A DNA stretch of 64,000 bases from contig OZ024741.1 of the NCBI GenBank assembly GCA_964016885.1, forward strand, positions 146,196,001 to 146,260,000, given 5' to 3'. Made by a program: the position numbers and the translations under genes. The notes under the pieces were generated by a model. It did no database searches and had not been told where the DNA came from. It saw only the letters and a program-made list of their open reading frames with translations. Shown in pieces: positions 13,237 to 25,858 of the stretch. Each line of letters begins with the position of its first letter. Positions within the stretch are counted from its first letter, which is position 1. The DNA comes from Eledone cirrhosa (lineage: Eukaryota).

Positions 13237-14224
13237 AGGGAGACATGATATGAAGGTTAAAAAACATTTGTGAATAGTGCAGTTTTAAATCAACATATGA
13301 AAAGTAGTTTTAGATTGATGTGTGATATTGGGAAAATAATTGAGGGGGGGGGGATGAAAAAGGGGAGGAGATGAGAGTAAAGAATGGAGGGGGAGGAGTA
13401 TAATAAGGAAAGATGAGATAGAAGGAGAGATGTGTGATAGAGAGAGAGAGATAGCTTTTATAACTGTGAAAAATATATTGTTTTACATAGAGAGGTTAAA
13501 AAACCGTTGGAAGATAATATATAAATAAAAAGAATTTGAAAGTTAACGAAGAGAAAAATTTTAGAATAATGTTAAATTAAGGTTTGTATATTAAAGGGTT
13601 TAATAATATGTGCGTTGAAAAGAAATTGTTAATATGTATTAAGAATAATATTTAAGGGTTTAATAATATGTGCGATGGAAAGAAATTGTTGAAATGTATT
13701 ATTAAAAAAATATAACAATAGTAATGTAATTAAGGATATATTGTGAAAAGAAGTAGAAGAGTGGATGAATAAGTGTAATATGTATAAGTTAGATGAGCAT
13801 GAAAGGGAGAAAAAAATAATGAATTGAGAATGAATAATCTAACGTCAAAAAAATTGTTTATGTTTACGAAGGATTTTTCAAGGTGATATTATAAAGTATT
13901 TAAAAGGGTAAGGATATATTGTGGTGATTAATAATGAGAATTGAGAAGTATCTAGGAAGAAAAGGTACAGATTAGAGGTTAGAAATTAAAAGAAAAAGAA
14001 AAAAAGAAAAAAGGAAAAAAAGAAAGAAAGGGAAGTGATATATAGGAGTGATATAGAATGAGTAACTAGTATTATATAATGTATAATAAATAACATTGAA
14101 ATAAGGTAGAAAGATGGGTATATTTTTAAAGAAATATATATGTATATATATATATATGTGCCTTTGAGAAAAGGATTTTAAATTGGTAAAGTATTAGATA
14201 TTAGCTGTATACTTTATGGAATGT

Positions 14225-14970
14225 TCTGTGGAATTTATGCAAGCAGAGAGAAAACAAGTCAGTGCGTCTATTTATTATAGAATCTAAATTAGATATAATG
14301 GTAAATTTCTCACATAAACAGAGATTACATGTCTTGGATAGAGAACCATTTAAGTATGAAGAGGCAGAACAAACTTTCCTTCAAGAGATGTTATAGTTAA
14401 TATTTTTGTCTTTCAAGGCCCATATGAGTTCTGAGAGTGCCGTGTTGGTTCTTTTAAGTTGGTATTTAAAAGACGAATGATGATTATAAAGACGAGCTTT
14501 AAAGGAGGTGGAAGTGGAGCCAAAATAGGTAAAGGAATTGGTGTCAGTTATAACTTTACACTCGTAGATTAAGTTTTTTTCAAGACAATGGTTGTTGAGA
14601 GGACATTTATTTTTAACAGGGCAATTACAATTGCGATTAGAAAAATTAACAGAGTTATTAACAAGTGACCTAGTGTTATCTATAGAAGGAATTGGATTGG
14701 AGAAGTTATTTACGATAGGAATAACAGTTTCTTGATTTAGAATGGGATTAAGAACATTTAACGAAGTTGCGTTTGACGTTGTATTTGGGTTTGCAGAAAT
14801 TAGCCTAGAGTTAACAATGACGTCGGGAGTACTATTACTATTATTATGATATTCAGTGTTGGAAGGAAGAGATTTAGTATTTAGTATTTTATTGTTGTGT
14901 TTAGAGATAATGTTGGAGATGTTGGAGGAGGACGAATAGGAACATTTTATAGTGTGTTTGTTAAAATTTT
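14225..14970 (-). pseudogene. PLE2 RT-thumb/linker/divergent GIY-YIG remnant (resembles Hydra-clade PLEs)
   Basis: Manual translation: NKHTIKCSYSSSSNISNIISKHNNKIL..CNCPVKNKCPLNNHCLEKNLIYECKV..TYFGSTSTSFKARLYNHHSSF..TALSELIWALK..*..CNLCLCEK..INRRTDLFSLCLH (CxCx5Cx5C, CxxCxxE, CxH). Not in the ORF track. Confidence 0.85.
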
Positions 14971-15349
14971 ACTATAGATATATGATACAAACCTTAAATT
15001 AACATTATTCTAAAAATTTTCTCTTCGTTAATTTTCAAATTCTTTTAATTTATATATTATCTTCCAACGGTTTTTTAACCTCTCTATGTAAAACAATATA
15101 TTTTTCTCAGTTATAAAAGCTTTCTCTCTCTCTCTATCACCCATCTCTCCTCCTATCTCATCGTTCCTTATTATACTCCTCCTCCTCCTCCATTCTTTAC
15201 TCTCATCTCCTCCACTTTTTCATCCTTTCCACCCTCCCCACCTCAATTTTTTTCCCAATATCACACATCAATCTAAAACTACTTTTCATATGTTGATTTA
15301 AAACTGCACTATTCACAAGTGTTTTTTAACCTTCATATCATGTCTCCCT

Positions 15350-15418
15350 ATTTTATCTGACGAAAACGCAAATGTCATCGCATGATGATATTTGTTTTTG
15401 AAATGCGCATAATAAAAT
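15350..15418 (+). ncRNA. Minimal type I hammerhead ribozyme in the PLE2 right arm
   Basis: Stem I ATTTTAT/ATAAAAT, CTGACGA, stem II CAAATGTCATC-GCAT-GATGATATTTG, GAAA, palindromic stem III TGCGCA, TA cleavage site. Confidence 0.85.
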
Positions 15419-15542
15419 ACATGGAACTCTTTTAACCATCTTTTGATCTTATATATTATTTATACTCCAGTCCTACAAACTGTAGAGTGCTACTTATCCG
15501 ATATCTGCATTGCTTTATTGTACTACAATAAAACTCACCTCC

Positions 15543-15630
<88 letters not shown>

Positions 15631-15665
15631 CTTGCTAGCAAAGAAAGCAGACGATGATGATGAGA

Positions 15666-15730
<65 letters not shown>

Positions 15731-15939
15731 ATAATAATAATAAATGTGAAGACTAATATCAGAAGAGGGCTCGATAAGGATAATATATATATAAAACTAT
15801 ACAAAAGCCGTAGACCAAAATTTTTATTAAAATAACAGATTAAAGATTAAGCAAAGAATTGCTGCTTTCACCTATATACATATACTAAGTCCGCCAATAA
15901 ATTGGAAAAGATATATATATATATATTCAATTATTCAAC

Positions 15940-16025
15940 AGTTTTGACTGATGATAACTAAACTAGCAGACAGAATATTTATGGTGTATGCTGGTTGAAG
16001 TTTGAAACCTCAGGTAGAATGCATT
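15940..16025 (+). ncRNA. Hammerhead-like motif, stem I decayed
   Basis: CTGATGA 15948-15954, stem II AACTAGCA..TGCTGGTT, GAAA 16004-16007, CCTCAGG, TA. Confidence 0.5.
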
Positions 16026-16115
16026 TGTGTTGAGATCTTATTTATATAATATATTTTGGCTCTGTACATTACATAGAGTGATTATTTTTTCCTTGATCTA
16101 TTTCTTCAGCAATAT

Positions 16116-16181
<66 letters not shown>

Positions 16182-16820
16182 ACACAAATACATATGATTC
16201 ATATTATGTACTTCATGTTTTAATGGAAAAAAAAAGAAAACCAGATGACCAGACAATATCACACAGAGGTTAAACTCTATTGCTGTGGCCTGTATTTCTA
16301 TACAGTGTAATGCAAATAGCAGATGAGTGGAGGAGGGAGGAAATAATTTGTAACCTTTCTTTTAATATCTACTGTGACAAGGTTCAATTCATGCTTAGAA
16401 TAAATATTAATGGTTTTCATACTGGAATTAATACAAATCAGTGTCAGTTGATTTCATAGATGTTAAGCACTGTAGAATATAATGCAATAATGTCCTTGTG
16501 GCTCACAGAGAAATCAATAGCTTGTGAACAAAATAGAGTTTAGATATAGCAGCCATAACAATTGCCATATTCCTGTGAGTCAAATAGTTTCTGACTAGAT
16601 TTATTGTAAAATTAATGCATATTTGTAACGTTTCCAGCAACAGCTAGTAAATCATCAAAATTACAGCAATCTTTGGGAAAAAATGCAAAAAATATCATAT
16701 ATAATGACAAATATGACAATCAAAATGTTGATGAAAATGCACAATAATTTCAAGCTATCTTGATATATTCTTACTGTAGTGAAATATAGTATCAATAGCA
16801 ATGAACATGTCACCCAGTTA

Positions 16821-17106
16821 AATTCTCAGACCGGGTGATGTGTTGTTTCCTTGAGCAAGACACTTTATTTCACATTGCTCCAGTTTACTCAGCTGTAGAA
16901 ATGAGATGATAGGGACTGGGGTTCATATCATTCCACTGCAAAGTGGTCGTGCAGGTGCCACGGCAAAAAAGCACCCAGCACTCACTGTAAATGAGGTTGG
17001 TGTTAGGAAGGGCATCCAGCTGTAGAAATCAAGCCAGAATCAGTTCCCGTCCCACCCTTGCAAGCAGGGAAAAAGCGGACGTAATATGAAATGATGATGA
17101 TGATGA
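16821..17106 (+). mobile_element. 5'-truncated composite SINE with (GAT)n tail
   Basis: Near-identical to 28469-28765. Confidence 0.85.
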
Positions 17107-17144
17107 CATGCATATTTAATCATATGTTTAGCACTGTTTAGATA

Positions 17145-17592
17145 TCATCATCATCATCATCATTGTTTAACGTCAATTTTTCGAGCTGGCATGTGTTAGA
17201 TGAGTTGTCCTGTTGTGAAGGAAGACAGATCAGGTGGTCATGTCTTGCTCATATAGACCTGCTTCTGGCTTGGTTTCTATAGTTGGATGCCCTTCTTAAT
17301 CCCAACTACATATACGGCATAGATTGGGTGCTTGTTATCATGGCACCAAAATTACCATCTAACAAGGTGGGCTGGGCACTTTTTCATCATATCACCAGCA
17401 CAACCACCTTAAAGGGTGGACCTGGTGCTTTTTGTTGTGTCACCAACATGACCACCTTACAGAGTGGGCTGGGTTCTTTTTTGTCATGTCACCAACATGG
17501 CCACCGACTGGGTGCTTATTTGTTGTGTCACCAACACAACCACTTCACAGGGTGGACTGGGTGCTTTTTGATGTGTCACCAACATGACCATC
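17145..17592 (-). mobile_element. SINE/LINE 3' module: ~47-bp minisatellite, GGAAGGGCATCC domain, (GAT)n tail
   Basis: (CAT)n, TTTAACGTC, TGGATGCCCTTCTTAA, repeated TGTCACCAACA..ACCAC..ACAG..TGG.CTGGGTGC units. Confidence 0.7.
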
Positions 17593-17593
17593 T

Positions 17594-17821
17594 TAACCCT
17601 GTAGTTTTTAAATTAGCCATATCTGGCCAGAACTCTCTCGCCTTTTTCTGCTCAAACTGGCTGTAACCGGTCACTCACACTGATGTTAAGGTATTGTTCT
17701 CCAAATAAATAATATCAAAATCTCATAGATTTGATATTATGTGAGACAGTTATGTGAGGTAAAGCCTTTACTGTGAAAATACAATAGTAATTATAGAGTA
17801 ATACAAATGCTAAAGGGTCAA
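17594..17821. mobile_element. piggyBac-type MITE
   Basis: TTAACCCTGTAG..TTTAAA ... AAATGCTAAAGGGTCAA imperfect TIRs with TTAA-like ends. Confidence 0.6.
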
Positions 17822-18084
17822 AGAGTGAACTGAGAATTTTTAGACATTTCAGCAGCATTGTCCAGCTTTCCATGCTTGAATGTATAAGCTGAACTAGAAA
17901 GGTTTATCAGATGTGGAGGGCGGGGGGCTGGTGGAGGCTGTGGTGTGTGGTTGCAGGACGAGGATTGGAGTAGCAGGTCACAGGTGGGGTACATTGTTGG
18001 TGAAAGTGGAGTGTTAAACATAAGAGGTGTATGGATGAAGGAGGGTGAGAAGAGAAGATTTGGTGCATACTAGTGTTCTATCGA

Positions 18085-19100
18085 TGTTTGCTTTGCCCTG
18101 TGCACATGGGAAGGCAAATCTACTGCAGTACTGCATATCACCAGAGATCTCAATCCTGTGTCATTCATTGCCTTTGAGAGATTTAATTGTGCAAGGTCAG
18201 CTTTTATTACTCCATCCTGTGCTTTCCTAGGTTTTCCTCATCCATAGTTTCCTTCAACTTCAAGCACCCTGCACCTTTTTATGCTGCTGTCATCCTTCAT
18301 ACACATCTTATGTTCATACCACCACGATCTCCTCTCTTGTACACTGCCTCTGATCCCTCTTATGACCAGTTTTCTCTCAGTTCATTGGAGTATGCAAAGT
18401 TTATTTATTTCCAATCTTCATAAGTCCTCTGCACATAGCTCCCAGGTCTTTCTTCCATGTACCATAGCTGTTTATATACATGCATCATACAATCTGTCCA
18501 TTTTGAGACAAACACTTTTTGTAGCTAGCAGTGATATTAGCTCCCTGAACTTTCTTCATCCTGTTCTCAGTCTGGAAACTGTGATTTTGTAACATCCACT
18601 TCCATTGCTAATTTGGTCACTAAGGTAACAGAAACTGTCAACTTCTACAACATCCTCTAAGAATTTGATAGTGCTTGTGTCCTGTGAGCACTTGTTGGTT
18701 ACTGCTCCTGTGCAATGGCCACATGTAAAATCTACATTCTTAGCTAACTTACCTTAGATGCCACAACATGTATTGTGTACACATAGGTGGCATTTGGGAC
18801 AAAAGATGGAATTCCTACCCACCTTTTCCTACATACTGAGCAAAGCCATTTCTTTGACGGGATCAGGGCCTTGTTTTTCTTTCTACTTACTAGGACATTT
18901 AGTCTTTGCCGAGTTGACTTTAAGACCCTTTGATTCCAAGTTATGCTTTAAGGTCTAGAATTCCTTCTCTAATACTTGCATACATTCAGCCACGAGAGTT
19001 AGATCATCAACATATAATGGGCAGCCTGTTTTAAACTTTTGTAATATAGCCTGGACAGTGATAATAAACAGGAGAGTGCTAAGAACAGAGCCCTGGTATA
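18085..19100 (-). mobile_element. Degenerate RTE LINE 3' half
   Basis: Homologous to 24330-25160 and 57890-58930 (QGSVLS, GWRKFREL, LYDAC..HGR..W). Confidence 0.85.
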
Positions 19101-19469
19101 AATTATATGTTTATATATATTTATATATTTGTTGCTGTGCTCATAATTGTTTTGGCATTGATACACTGGTTGGATGCCCTTCCTAATACCATAATTTATT
19201 ATGATTCTTACATATGTAACTTCATTTTTGGGTGTTCAAATCATAATAAATTAGTTCAGTTTATATATAAAGTGCTCTTATATTTATATATATATAATCA
19301 TGGATGGATTCTCAATTGCTATCAAGAGGTGACCACTTTTAAAAGAGTACTCAATATGTTGGTAGTTTCTACATAACATATGCAATCAAAATACGTATAA
19401 GAGTGATTACGTAATAAATAGAATGTGGTGAAATTCAAACAGACTGCTTTCTAATTCATTAATATATAC

Positions 19470-19982
19470 ATTTGTTGACAACAAAAGGTTTCTCCCTACG
19501 TATAAAAGGACAACTGTATGATGCCTGTGAGTGAGCCCAATGCGGCATGGTAGTGAAACAGGGACTGTTACTGTAGAGGACATGTATAGAGTAGAGAGAA
19601 ATGAAGCAACAATGTTTCCTTGGATGTAGAATGTATGTGTGAGAGAAAGGAAGAGCTTGGATGAGCAGAGGGAGAAGGAGGGTTTAAGAAGAATACAAAG
19701 TGGTTGCAGGAGAGAAGTCTGCATTGGTATAGACATATGATATACATGGGCAATGACTGTTGAATGAAGAAATGCCAGAACATTCCAGTGGAAGGAAGCC
19801 ACAGAAGAGGAAGACCAAGATAGACCTGGGTAGAGATTATGAGAGCTGACCTCCAATTGCTAAAACTGGCAGAGGAGATGATGAAGGCATGCAGTGAATT
19901 GAGAGATGCCATGATGAGAAGGACCCATCTAACCCGTGCAAGCATGGAAAAATGGATGCAAAAACAATGAAGATGATGTGTA
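19470..19982 (+). mobile_element. RTE LINE 3' fragment with short tail
   Basis: KGFSL..LYDAC..HGSET..GRPR.TW, then CCCGTGCAAGCATGGAAAAATGGATG and (GAT)n. Confidence 0.8.
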
Positions 19983-20376
19983 TCATCATCATCGCCTAAC
20001 ATCTGCTTTCCTTGCTAGCAAGCTTTGGACAAATCTACATAGACCAGGTCTGTCCAGAAATGAAGCTACTGACCTGGTCTATAATATATATATATATATA
20101 TATATATAACGAAGGAGTTGGAAACGGCTTGAGCTCTGCCGTCGGAGTCATACATTTTCCTATATATATATATATATACACAGACATATACATATAAATG
20201 CATATGCAGATACATATATATATATATAGGGGTTAAAATACTGGAGCGTGTTGGAGTTAAACACCCTCTTCGTATTATAGAAATGACAGTAAAAGGTATA
20301 GCTCAATGTAGTTAAACAGAGCCGAAGAATTATGAAAGTAAAACAAAGAAGCCTTCAATACATCAAAAGTCTTTAT

Positions 20377-20420
20377 TAGCCAACAATGTTTCGTCCTATT
20401 AAGGACTCATCAGGGCGATA
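20377..20420 (-). ncRNA. Minimal hammerhead ribozyme in a TA-flanked ~190-bp segment (probable solo pLTR)
   Basis: Minus strand: GCC CUGAUGA GUCCU-UAAU-AGGAC GAAA CAUUG UU GGC. Confidence 0.75.
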
Positions 20421-20497
20421 CATGTAGATACATGTATAAATATATATATATATACATGTATCTACATAAGCATATACACATACATATATATATATAT

Positions 20498-20567
<70 letters not shown>

Positions 20568-20968
20568 ACATACATATATATACATACATATATACATACA
20601 TACATATATATATAACATTTTATTTCTTTTAGATATGTTTCAACTGGTAAAAGAGGTAATAAAAAAGGAAATAGATTCACTGAAGATCCATTATCAATAT
20701 ACAAAAATATGTTTATATAAGATAATCTGAGCTTGAGGAATTTACCATTAACAATTAATTTCACTTAATCCTAAATCATCAGAGACAGGATAGAATATAC
20801 AAAAAGGAATAAACAGGCAATCGCAATGAATAAAACATTCAAACTTCATAACAGAATCATGATATTATTCTTTTTACTCCTTATAGAACCACATGAAGCT
20901 AGAAATTTTGTTGGCATAATTTTATCACCTAAACTTATATATATATATATATATATAAATATGTGTGT

Positions 20969-21018
<50 letters not shown>

Positions 21019-21202
21019 GTGTGGGAGTGTGTGTGTGTAGTGTCATTGAATGCACACACACATATATACACATATACAAATTACATCTACATGTAATTTG
21101 AATAAACATTTAGATGTTTCTTTGTTTTATGTGTAGAAAACACTTTCCAATATTTAACTTTGTATTCCCATATACATACACACACACACATATATATATA
21201 TG

Positions 21203-21253
<51 letters not shown>

Positions 21254-21519
21254 TATATATATGTATGTATATATATATATATATATATGTATATACACAT
21301 TATATATTTTAAATTATCAAGTTATTTCTACAAAGTAACTATTTCCTTGACAGAGTTATTTTATTTCAATCTTCTCATTTCTCTTTTTAGCATAATTTGC
21401 ATTCTTCCTACTCATTATCTAATGTAACCATTATTTTTCCCCTGTCTGCTGTTTCCTGCTATGACCGATAATGATGATTTTGTCATTGTTGTTGTTTTCT
21501 CTTTTGTTTCAAATTTTTT

Positions 21520-21541
21520 ATAATAATAATAATGATAATAA

Positions 21542-21583
<42 letters not shown>
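21520..21583. repeat. (AAT)n microsatellite
   Basis: Direct inspection. Confidence 0.95.
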
Positions 21584-22092
21584 CTTCGAGTAGGAATGGA
21601 AGCAAATGTAGCATATCTGAAATCAATACAAGACTAAAGAATCTCAGCGTCAATTCTACTAAACACCATCTTACTGTCGCCTGACACAATTGTTTACCTT
21701 GCGGCCAACTAATTTAAATCGGAATTCTTTCCTACATTATATTGATATTTTCATTTTCTTTTCAGGGTTGTCCCCTCCCCTTTTTCTCAGCCACTACTAA
21801 CTACTACTACTACTACTCCACCATTATCACAACCAAAGCAACTTTTACTATTACGGACACTACCATCACTACAACCGCTATTACTAAGATTAGCATAACT
21901 ACCAGTAGCACTACCACTACTACAATTACCAATAGCATTCCCACTAACATAATTACTGATGTTTCAATACCATTGTTGCAATTCTTTACATCTAACACAA
22001 TTATTATCAATAAATCACAATTTCAGCTGTTTACATTTAATCTTGAAGTAACCTTTAGCTATTTGCTTGAGCAGAACTTCATATTTTTAGAC

Positions 22093-22457
22093 CAGTAGTT
22101 CCTAACCAATGTCCACTCTAAGCTGCATGGTACCAAATGCCCCGAATGCTGCTACTAGTTTGAAAAGTTGCCACTTATTAGCTTTAGGAATTTCCCCACG
22201 GACCTCTCGCTGCAATGACTGTCCCCTTATATTGTTATACAGTAATAATAATATTTAAAAGAGCGTAATGTTTATGCTTAGAGCATAATGGATATACAAT
22301 AGTACGTTGTTTTTTTATAACATACTTGTAATTCTGAACTTAGTTCACAGGTCTCAGTTCTAGCTTCACATATTCCAAGTTTTACATTTAAAGACCCCCA
22401 GTTTCACCTTTACAGACTTCCCCTAGGAATCAATGAACCTTAGCTTGTGAACTATTG
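22093..22457. mobile_element. hAT-type MITE
   Basis: Exact 8-bp TSD TTTTAGAC at 22085-22092 and 22458-22465; TIRs CAGTAGTTCCTAACC / GCTTGTGAACTATTG (11 of 15 match). Confidence 0.75.
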
Positions 22458-23124
22458 TTTTAGACTAACATGACAAGCACAGACATGGTAGTGGTAAAAG
22501 AAAAAAAACAAATTGTAAAGAGAAATTTTACCACTGTTGCAATGATTGAAGTAATTAGTCAGATAGATGGTTGGAAAATAAAAAAAGATTACAGCTGTTC
22601 ATGCCACATGACACTTCATGAAATAGTATATATATCACCCACATACACACACCTATATCACTCATACAGGGACACACATAAACACACACAAACATACATA
22701 TAAACCCATGCACACATTACATAGGCATTACACTCATACACCTACCCATGCATACACATGCATCACACACACACAAAATATACAAATTACATATAAAATA
22801 TATATATTAAAATGATTTCTTTAAAAAAATACTATAAAAATTTGGCGTAAAGACCTGGCATGAGTTAAATATATTTTGTACTGCTGGATGAAGTTTTTCT
22901 TTTATAAACTGCCAAGATTCACAGACATTCTTTCCATTTATAAAACAGATGGTTTAGAGCCTAAAGCTGGTATATAAGAACCATGCAAAGGAAATACTGT
23001 TCACTTACATAATTTACTATATTATATCACCTTAAGAACAAGGAAGTGTGTTGTAAAATGAAAATTAATTTGACATTGTTGTTTAAAAAAGAACTGTATG
23101 TCTATGACTCTATATCTATCTGTA

Positions 23125-23450
23125 TGTATGTAACACCTGGTAGAGTCATAAGGGTGCCATATTGACATACAGCATTTCTTGGGCATTTTAAGCCAGGCAA
23201 AGCCCATCCCTCTTCAGGCATGAGTAGAGCAGATTTCTTCCAGAGAAAGATAGAAACTGAGAGAGAGGAAATGAGAATTAGATATAGAGGAAGAATCCAC
23301 CCCAGTACTAGACTGGTACTTTTTTTGTCAACTTCAAAAGGATGAAAGACATAGTTGACGTTAGCAGGATTTGAATTCGACAGCATGGAGCTGGAATGAA
23401 TACCATAAAGCATTCTATCCAACATTCTAACGACTCTGCCAATTCCCTTC
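23125..23450 (-). mobile_element. tRNA-derived SINE with extended tail
   Basis: Reverse-complement homolog of 36648-36985. Confidence 0.7.
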
Positions 23451-23576
23451 TTTTATCTATCAATATACATAAGTATTTATATATACCTATGATGTGGATA
23501 CCTCTGCTTGAGTACTGACTTCAGCCAATCTTTACTAGCAGAGAAGATGGACTATGTATATATTTATGCTTCTATG

Positions 23577-23616
<40 letters not shown>

Positions 23617-23617
<1 letters not shown>

Positions 23618-25158
23618 TCATCATCATCATCATCATCAGGTTTGGCGTCCGTGTTCCACGCTTGCATGGGTTTGGACGGGGGTTTTCCCACTTGAGGCAA
23701 GAGTGGTTGTCTTGCTCGCATAGGACTGTCTGGCGGGTTTTCTACAGCTGGATGCCCTTCCTAACACCAACCACATTTACAGTGTGGGGCTGGGAGGTTT
23801 TTACCGTGTTGCCTACACGGCCACATTACAGCGTGGACTGTCTGGCGGGTTTTCTACAGCTGGATGCCCTTCCTAACACCAACCACATTTACAGTGTGGG
23901 GCTGGGAGGTTTTTACCGTGTTGCCTACACGGCCACATTACAGCGTGGACTGTCTGGCGGGTTTTCTACAGCTGGATGCCCTTCCTAACACCAACCACAT
24001 TTACAGTGTGGGGCTGGGAGGTTTTTACCGTGTTGCCTACACGGCCACATTACAGCGTGGACTGTCTGGCGGGTTTTCTACAGCTGGATGCCCTTCCTAA
24101 CACCAACCACATTTACAGTGTGGGGCTGGGAGGTTTTTACCGTGTTGCCTACACGGCCACATTTACAGCGTGGACTGTGTGTTTTTTTGTCGTGACACCT
24201 ACACGATCTCATTTGTTTCGGCCTGGATATTGTGGCACCAACATAACTTTACATTGAAAGGGGCGGTGTGGATGGGGTGGAGGTGGTGGGACGGGGGTGT
24301 GTTTTGATAGAGATGCCTACTGACTGTAGTAGGTTTTTACTTTGTATTTAGGTAAGGCGGGTCTTCTCTATTACTGAGTACCGCCAAAGGTCTCGGTCCA
24401 GTGACATTGTCTTGGAGAGGTGTAAGCGTGTGAGGTCGGAATTTATCATGTCGTCCCAGGTTTTTCTGGGTCTGCCTACTCCGTGGCTACCGTCTATCCT
24501 TATTGCCCTGCACTTTGTTATACAGCATCACGTGACCGTACCAACGTAGCCTTCTCTCGAGTAAACAACATCTGATCCCTCTTATTTCTAATTTTTTCCT
24601 TAGTTCGTTTATGCTTAGCCGTTCACGTATATTACTATTGCACATCCAGCGGAGCATGCAAGCTTCGTTCCTCTCTAGTCTGCGTATATCCTCTGCACAC
24701 AATGCCCAGGTCTCACTGCCATGCAGCATTGCTGTTCGTATGCAGGCGTCGTATAACCTGCCTTTCATTTTTAGGGAGAACCCTCTAGCGGCTAATAGTG
24801 GTATAAGCTCTCTGAACTTTTTCCATCCAGTTCTGACTCTAGCTACTGTACTTTCAGAGCACCCTCCCCCACTGCTGATTTTGTCACCCAGGTAACGGAA
24901 GCTGTCCACTATTTCTATAGAACCCTCTGCGCAATTGAAAGAGCTAGTATTTTGCGGGCACTTGCTGCTACTTATTGCACCAGAGCACCGGCCACATGTA
25001 AAATGTATGTTCTTAGTTAGCTTACCTGTGATCCCACTACATCTTTTATGCACCCATACTTTGCATTGGGGACATAAAATGGAGTTTCTACCTACGCCTT
25101 TCCTACACACTGAGCATGGCCATTTCCCGGAAGGGACCGCCACCTTATTTTCTTTCCT

Positions 25159-25160
<2 letters not shown>
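23617..25160 (-). mobile_element. 5'-truncated RTE LINE with long 3' module and (GAT)n tail
   Basis: ORF 24487-25143 (WPCSVCRKGVG..WVHKRC PHD-like Cys motif, FRYLGD, HGSETW, LRWYGHV), close to 58110-58970; 3' module ends CCCATGCAAGCGTGGAACACGGACG(ATG)n. Confidence 0.92.
23723..24171. repeat. Four near-perfect tandem copies of a 112-bp unit
   Basis: GGACTG unit starts at 23723, 23835, 23947, 24059 and 24172. Confidence 0.97.
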
Positions 25161-25218
<58 letters not shown>

Positions 25219-25330
25219 TTGTAATAAAATGAAAACGAAATTTCATTTCTCACTCTTAGTACGGCACTTACTTAAATGTAAGTATGTATGTATACGTACA
25301 TACATATATTTATACAGACGTACAGTAGCA

Positions 25331-25370
<40 letters not shown>

Positions 25371-25376
<6 letters not shown>

Positions 25377-25858
25377 CAGGTACACATACATATATGTACG
25401 TATCAGTTTAGCGGACGCTTATTATAGCGCCCGCTTTGTTCGTTTGTAAAGAAACTGAACAGCCTGAATTTATGCCGCACGGTGTTAAGGCAACCACGTC
25501 ACCTTTTTGTTCAACACTGACACAGGAACGATGTACTAGTTTCAAGCTTGTTAGCTATCATCAGCACCGTATACCCTTCTGCCAGGTGGTTGAACGTTCG
25601 AAAGTATATACTTTCCTTATGAAAATTAACGGCTGAGCAGCCTAATTTGCATATCGAGTGAGTTAAATCGGTCAGGCGCACCGAAAACGATGAGTTGTAA
25701 TAAAATGAAAACGAAATTTCATTTCTCACTCTTAGTACGGCACTTACTTAAATGTAAGTATGTATATATACGTACATACATATATGTATACAGAGCGGAC
25801 GCTATAATAAGCGTCCGCTAAACTGATACGTACATATATGTATGTGTACCTGTATGTA
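25371..25858. mobile_element. MITE-like element with ~68-bp TIRs in (TA)n
   Basis: 25371-25439 is the reverse complement of 25790-25858; each TIR contains the palindrome AGCGGACGCT-N6-AGCG(T/C)CCGCT. Confidence 0.75.

Larger units (their letters stand above)
13137..15449 (-). mobile_element. Second Penelope-like element (PLE2), 5'-truncated, with ~450-bp inverted pLTR
   Basis: 13139-13590 is the reverse complement of 14985-15447; both outer ends abut TA runs; GIY-YIG remnant lies between them. Confidence 0.88.

Noticed and set aside
15443-15835. Many ORF-track entries rich in YIYI, HTHT, CVCV or SLSL (here and throughout)
   Set aside because: Translations of (TA)n, (CA)n and (CT)n microsatellites, not genes.
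21690-21770. Possible host micro-exon (splice-like TTTTCAG|G on plus, AAG|GTAAAC on minus)
   Set aside because: No matching partner splice site or recognisable peptide.
23723-24171. CRISPR-like array
   Set aside because: Contiguous identical 112-bp units with no unique spacers, no cas genes and a eukaryotic context.
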